45,400 bases of DNA from NCBI GenBank assembly GCA_945983015.1, contig CAMFSN010000001.1, positions 1 to 45,400 of the forward strand, written 5' to 3'. The translations under genes and the position numbers were made by a program. This DNA comes from an uncultured Bacteroidales bacterium. GTDB lineage: Bacteria; Bacteroidota; Bacteroidia; Bacteroidales; UBA932. The notes below the pieces were generated by a model. The model saw only the letters and a list, made by a program, of their open reading frames with translations, searched no databases and was not told the origin of the DNA. This document shows positions 41,290 to 45,400 of the stretch, piece by piece; the first letter of the stretch is position 1; each line of letters starts with the position of its first letter.

Positions 41290-42677
41290 GCCTTATGTCC
41301 TCCAATCTGTTGGTTTCTTTCCTTTGCGGTAGCCCCTTCTTCGAAACTGTAGCCTTTGAGTATGGAGTTGCCTCCGTACTTTTTCTTTAGTTTGATAAGT
41401 GTTTCCTGCAGGCCCCTTTCTTTAAGCTTGTTATCTTCTTTTTCCTCTTCGGCGAATATGTCCAGCTGGACATAGCGGGAGCCTTCCTCCTCTCTAACGA
41501 CTTTGTTAGCAGTAATATAGATTCGTCTTATCAAAAGCCTTTTATCTACTTTCTCCTCAAATAATCTCTTTATGGCCTGCGCAAAATCAATTCCTGAGGA
41601 ACTTGGAGAGGGGAAATTGATTATTCCCTGGCTGTGTTTTGGGACGCGCCTGCCATAGTGGTCAGTGTTTGTCTCTCCCTTGTAATCAATCCTCGGGTCT
41701 GAGAGGCTCTCGGGGTCGTAGCAGACTACAAGAGAGAGGCTGCCTGCAAGCAGGGCTTTCTCTACCAATGTAAGGGAGACGAGGTCCGACATCTCCAAAG
41801 CCACTATCAGGGCTTCCCTATACTTGTAAGGGCGGCTCAGAACCTGTCCGCGGCTGATGGAGTTTTCCTGCGGTTTGTACTCCTTAATGGCCTTCAGAGT
41901 GCAGGGCTCGTATCCCCAGGCGTGGTCGATGAGCAATTCCGCGTTCACTCCGAATTCTTTGAACAGATAGTCCTCGTATTTGAGGGAATAGAGGGCCAAT
42001 TCTCCCATAGTGCTTATTCCAAGCCTGCCCAGGTGGGCGGCAGTCCCCGGGCCAATCCTCCAGAAATCTGTCAGGGGCTTGTGCTCCCAAAGCAACCTTC
42101 TGTAGGATATCTCATCCAATTCTGCGATTCTGACCCCGTCAGAGTCTGCCTCCTGGTGCTTGGCCACTATGTCCATCGCGACCTTGCAAAGGTATAGGTT
42201 TGTGCCAATCCCCGCTGTGGCGGTAATGCCGGTTTCCTTTAGAACCTCTCTGATTATCTTAATGCTCAGTTCGTGGGCGCTCATCTTATAGGCTCCCAGA
42301 TAATGTGTGGCATCTATGAATACCTCATCTATGGAATAGACGTGTATGTCTTCCGCCGAGAAATATCTGAGATAGATATCGTATATCCTGGCGCTGTAGC
42401 TCATATAGAAGGCCATTCGGGGAGGAGCTACTATGTACTCGATTTTCTCCTTGCGATAGCGGTTTAGTTCCTTTACCCTTTGCTCCACTTCGAATAGTCG
42501 CGCCCTGCCCCCTATGCCGAAGGCTTTCAGGGAAGGGGAGACCGCCAGACATACTGTCTTGTTTGTCCTGGATTCGTCAGCCACGACCAGATGAGTGGTC
42601 AAGGGGTCCAAGCCCCTTTCCACGCATTCAACCGAAGCGTAATAGGACTTCAGGTCTATGGCTATGAAGGTGTTCAA
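41286..42677 (-). CDS. Y-family (UmuC/YqjW/UvrX-like) translesion DNA polymerase
   Basis: IDLKSYYASVEC, YSIDE, TAGIG.NLYL.KVAMD, clamp motif QLDIF, RecA-NT-like LQETLIKLKKKYGGNSI and a C-terminal RNQQIGGHKA. Confidence 0.93.
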   Translation of the reverse strand: MNTFIAIDLKSYYASVECVERGLDPLTTHLVVADESRTNKTVCLAVSPSLKAFGIGGRARLFEVEQRVKELNRYRKEKIEYIVAPPRMAFYMSYSARIYDIYLRYFSAEDIHVYSIDEVFIDATHYLGAYKMSAHELSIKIIREVLKETGITATAGIGTNLYLCKVAMDIVAKHQEADSDGVRIAELDEISYRRLLWEHKPLTDFWRIGPGTAAHLGRLGISTMGELALYSLKYEDYLFKEFGVNAELLIDHAWGYEPCTLKAIKEYKPQENSISRGQVLSRPYKYREALIVALEMSDLVSLTLVEKALLAGSLSLVVCYDPESLSDPRIDYKGETNTDHYGRRVPKHSQGIINFPSPSSSGIDFAQAIKRLFEEKVDKRLLIRRIYITANKVVREEEGSRYVQLDIFAEEEKEDNKLKERGLQETLIKLKKKYGGNSILKGYSFEEGATAKERNQQIGGHKA

Positions 42678-43342
42678 ATTCTCTCTCCGAAAATGGCTGA
42701 GCCTATGCGTATGATAGTGGCCCCGTTCTTTACTGCCAGGGGCCAGTCCTGGGACATCCCCATAGAGAGTTGGTTAAAATCCTTTAGTTCGGGGAAAAGC
42801 TCTTTGAGATATGCCATAAAGGAATCAACTCTCTGAAAATCAGCATTAATAATACTCTCGTCGGGAGTGTTTGTGGCCATAGCCATCAGCCCTCTGAAAC
42901 GGATTTTTGAGTATTTGGAAGCATTGAAGAGCAATTCGATTATCTCTTCCTCCCAAAAGCCCTGTTTGCTTTCTTCCGCAGCGACGTGAACTTCGAGCAG
43001 TACGTCGGTGATATGAGAATTGGCCTCGCCCCACTTTTGAATCTCATCCAGAAGGTGCAGCGAATCTACGGATTCGACCATAGCGACATAGGGAAGCACG
43101 AGTTTGAGCTTATTTGTCTGCAGATGCCCTATGAAGTGCCATTGCAGCTCCGGAAATTCCTGCCTTCCCAGCTCCTTTATCTTCGCTGCCAATTCCTGAG
43201 GCCGACTTTCGCCGAAAATTCTCTGTCCTGCCCCGTAGGCTTGCTTTATCGCGTCTGCGGGATGGAACTTGCTTACAGCCACGAGCTCCACGTTCTCCGG
43301 TAGCCTGGCTTTTATGTCGGCGAGATTTTCAGCAATGCTCAT
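42674..43342 (-). CDS. yggS: PLP homeostasis protein YggS
   Basis: LVAVSK, FGESRPQE, WHFIGHLQTNK, LSMGMS.D and RIGSAIFG. Confidence 0.96.
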   Translation of the reverse strand: MSIAENLADIKARLPENVELVAVSKFHPADAIKQAYGAGQRIFGESRPQELAAKIKELGRQEFPELQWHFIGHLQTNKLKLVLPYVAMVESVDSLHLLDEIQKWGEANSHITDVLLEVHVAAEESKQGFWEEEIIELLFNASKYSKIRFRGLMAMATNTPDESIINADFQRVDSFMAYLKELFPELKDFNQLSMGMSQDWPLAVKNGATIIRIGSAIFGERI

Positions 43343-43343
43343 C

Positions 43344-43970
43344 TCAGTGGGATGCTATGTATTCCTCGTAATCTTGAATTGAGCGGCGAATAATGTCTCT
43401 GGCGTCGTTAACCCCATAGATGCCTATGAATTTCATTCTTTGATGAGTCTCTCCCGGGATATCCTTATAGGTGGTGAAGTAGTGGATAAGCCTTCTTACT
43501 ATCTGGGTAGGCAGTTCCTCGATGTCCTGAAGGTTTCCATAGACGGCATCGTTTTTCAGTACGGCTATTATCTTGTCGTCAGCCTGGTTATGGTCCAGAA
43601 GTCGGAGTCCTCCGATAGGTCTGGCTCTTACGATGACATCGCCGTGAGTAACGTCCTTTTCGGTGAGTACGCAGATATCGAGAGGGTCTCCGTCTCCTTC
43701 TATATCTGTTCTGGCCAGGAGTTTGTTTGATGGCTCTGCCATATGCTGGGCACAATAGGTTCTGGGCAGGAAGCCATAGAGTGAAGGAACTATGTTAGAG
43801 AATTTCTGGGGCCTGTCCAGGGACAGGTATCCGGATTCTTTGTCCACTTCGTATTTGACTGTGTCTGTCGGTACAATTTCTATAAATGCCCTGACCTCCT
43901 CCGGAGCATTATCTCCCAGGCTTATTCCGTGCCAGGGATGTGCTTTGTGAGCGTGTTTGAAATCCATCAT
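43344..43970 (-). CDS. ppa: Family I soluble inorganic pyrophosphatase
   Basis: HPWHG, KYEVDK, YGFLPRTY, DGDPLD and DDKIIAV. Confidence 0.95.
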   Translation of the reverse strand: MMDFKHAHKAHPWHGISLGDNAPEEVRAFIEIVPTDTVKYEVDKESGYLSLDRPQKFSNIVPSLYGFLPRTYCAQHMAEPSNKLLARTDIEGDGDPLDICVLTEKDVTHGDVIVRARPIGGLRLLDHNQADDKIIAVLKNDAVYGNLQDIEELPTQIVRRLIHYFTTYKDIPGETHQRMKFIGIYGVNDARDIIRRSIQDYEEYIASH

Positions 43971-43995
43971 AAGAATCGCCGCTTTAAATGGCTTA

Positions 43996-44003
43996 CAAAT
44001 ATA
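43996..44003 (-). promoter_or_regulatory. -7 element of the ppa-yggS-polymerase-accessory operon
   Basis: TATATTTG on the minus strand, 25 nt upstream of ppa. Confidence 0.65.
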
Positions 44004-44028
44004 AGAATAATTGCTTACTTTTACATCC

Positions 44029-45192
44029 TCAGCCCATTATCCAGTGACCGATCTTTGGAATTCTTTGTATCAACACAGAGATGAGTCCAGTGATGGCGAA
44101 TGTGACTAAAGCTCCTAGCAGTATGCTGACAGGGGCAGTCCAGAAGCCTAGGACTTGGCTTGCTTGCTGGGCGGCGAATAGTCCTCTGAAATATGCGGAT
44201 ACAGGGGCCAGGATTATCATATGGCAGAGATACATACCGTAACCTGCCTTGGATAGTGGCAGTATTACGCCTTTGTAGAATTGGCCTGAGGCTTTAATCT
44301 TTTTAAAGAGCAGAACCCAGGCTATGCTTATCAGAACTACTCCCAGGCTGTCGTTGTACCAGGTGGTTTCCCACCATACGGCCAGTCTGACATCGCCTTC
44401 GATGGGGAAGTCCCCGCTAAGATATACCCTACGCATAAAGCCCCCGAAAGCTATGGCAAAACCCAGGATAAAACTTGGCAGGGCTATGGAGAGAGTCTTT
44501 TTCCAGCTTAAGTCCCCGCTGAAGCGACGAAGATATAGTCCGAGCAGCAGATAAAAGATGAAGCCGCTGAAGTAATAGAACACTCCGTAGGCGTTCCAGC
44601 TAGCCTCTCCCCAAAGCGGATAGAGAGCTTGACGTGGAATGCCGCTTGGCCCGTAGCAAATGGCAGGGGAGCCATTGGACAGATAGTCGCGGATCAGAGG
44701 TAAGAGGCTGCTTGCAAAGCAGATGCTCATATATATGCACAGTTCTTTTCTGCTGACTTTTTCTGCCCAGGGCGAGAGCAGGGGCATAAGTAGATATAGG
44801 CCGATGAGCATATATACGAACCATAGGTGTCCGGCGGAATAGTTAAAGTTGAAGATTAGATTCCTAAGGTTTTCCGTCGGATTCCCCCAAATGAAAGCAT
44901 ATACCAAACTCCAGAAGAGGAAAGGGATTAGGATTCGTGAGGCCCTTTTTTTGAAAAAAGTCCTGCTATCCGTACTGAGAGGGAATAGCAGATAACTGGA
45001 GGCGATAACGAAGAGTGGTACGCAGGCACGCACAAAGGAATCTGAAAAAGCTGCCCAGAAAGCATCGCTGCGGCTAAGAATTCGAGAACCTTCGCCGCCC
45101 AGATAAAAAGGTTCTGTGCAATGCACCACTATTACCATAAAACAGGCCGCTACCCGCAGCCAGTCGATCCATACTTCTCTTTCCTTATTCAT
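44029..45192 (-). CDS. Acyltransferase family 3 (membrane O-acyltransferase)
   Basis: WIDWLRVAACFMVIVVH, CVPLFVIASSYLL, HLWFVYMLIGLYL and YGMYLCH. ATG 45192 is preferred over TTG 45198. Confidence 0.9.
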   Translation of the reverse strand: MNKEREVWIDWLRVAACFMVIVVHCTEPFYLGGEGSRILSRSDAFWAAFSDSFVRACVPLFVIASSYLLFPLSTDSRTFFKKRASRILIPFLFWSLVYAFIWGNPTENLRNLIFNFNYSAGHLWFVYMLIGLYLLMPLLSPWAEKVSRKELCIYMSICFASSLLPLIRDYLSNGSPAICYGPSGIPRQALYPLWGEASWNAYGVFYYFSGFIFYLLLGLYLRRFSGDLSWKKTLSIALPSFILGFAIAFGGFMRRVYLSGDFPIEGDVRLAVWWETTWYNDSLGVVLISIAWVLLFKKIKASGQFYKGVILPLSKAGYGMYLCHMIILAPVSAYFRGLFAAQQASQVLGFWTAPVSILLGALVTFAITGLISVLIQRIPKIGHWIMG

Positions 45193-45295
45193 TGCCAATC
45201 ATTGAACTAATTTCCTATATTTTCTGGTATTCCTACAATCGTAAATTTAATAATTTATTTCCTGTTTTCTGAACTTCTCGAGAAATCTGTCTTTC

Positions 45296-45400
45296 ACACC
45301 ATGGGTCCGCGGTGAGTAAAAACCCAGTTTTACTCACGGAACAGAGTTTTCAGGCGGAGGCTGCTCGACTTCTCGATCACGCCTGGCTCCACTTGCCTCC
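45296..45400. repeat. GC-rich palindromic non-coding element (REP/MITE/ncRNA-like), truncated by the window edge
   Basis: Perfect 10-bp stem GTGAGTAAAA/TTTTACTCAC (45312-45337) plus CAGGCG/CGCCTG and GGAGGC/GCCTCC inverted pairs; no convincing ORF. Confidence 0.4.

Overview
Dense chromosomal housekeeping region of a Bacteroidota (Bacteroidales-type) bacterium. The assignment rests on repeated TAnnTTTG -7 promoter elements, SD-less A-rich starts and the birA<>rsfS-ftsH-cdsA and lptD<>amidase-dnaA gene orders. It holds about 36 CDS: lptD (partial), amidase, dnaA, pepD, rpe, birA, rsfS, ftsH, cdsA, ispG, an OMP, an Ig-like lipoprotein, rel, ligA, a GNAT, a ROK repressor, a 4HB-HAMP sensor, a RecD-like helicase, DPP-IV, pgm, nth, an ftsE-like ATPase, a giant TPR protein, a plugless barrel, gyrB, a 7TM-HD protein, tig, tdh, kbl, a hypothetical, a LiaF-like protein, a DUF4097-like lipoprotein, a 55-aa accessory protein missed by the ORF track, a Y-family polymerase, yggS, ppa and an acyltransferase-3. 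I saw no rRNA, tRNA, CRISPR array, transposase or prophage. Most notable signals: (1) near-total avoidance of the 4-mer CATG (7 sites found by eye versus about 177 for equal base use), which suggests a CATG-directed DNA modification or restriction system; (2) a minimal Y-polymerase plus mini accessory 'mutasome' cassette translationally coupled into the ppa-yggS operon; (3) repeated in-frame domain trimming of core proteins (trigger factor without PPIase domain, IspG without most of its middle domain, Rel, BirA, DPP-IV); (4) an orphan FtsE-like ATPase, giant TPR protein and plugless barrel trio; (5) all convergent gene pairs overlap without terminators; (6) a structured GC-rich non-coding element at the right edge. 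All calls are from reading motifs by eye; no database searches were run.
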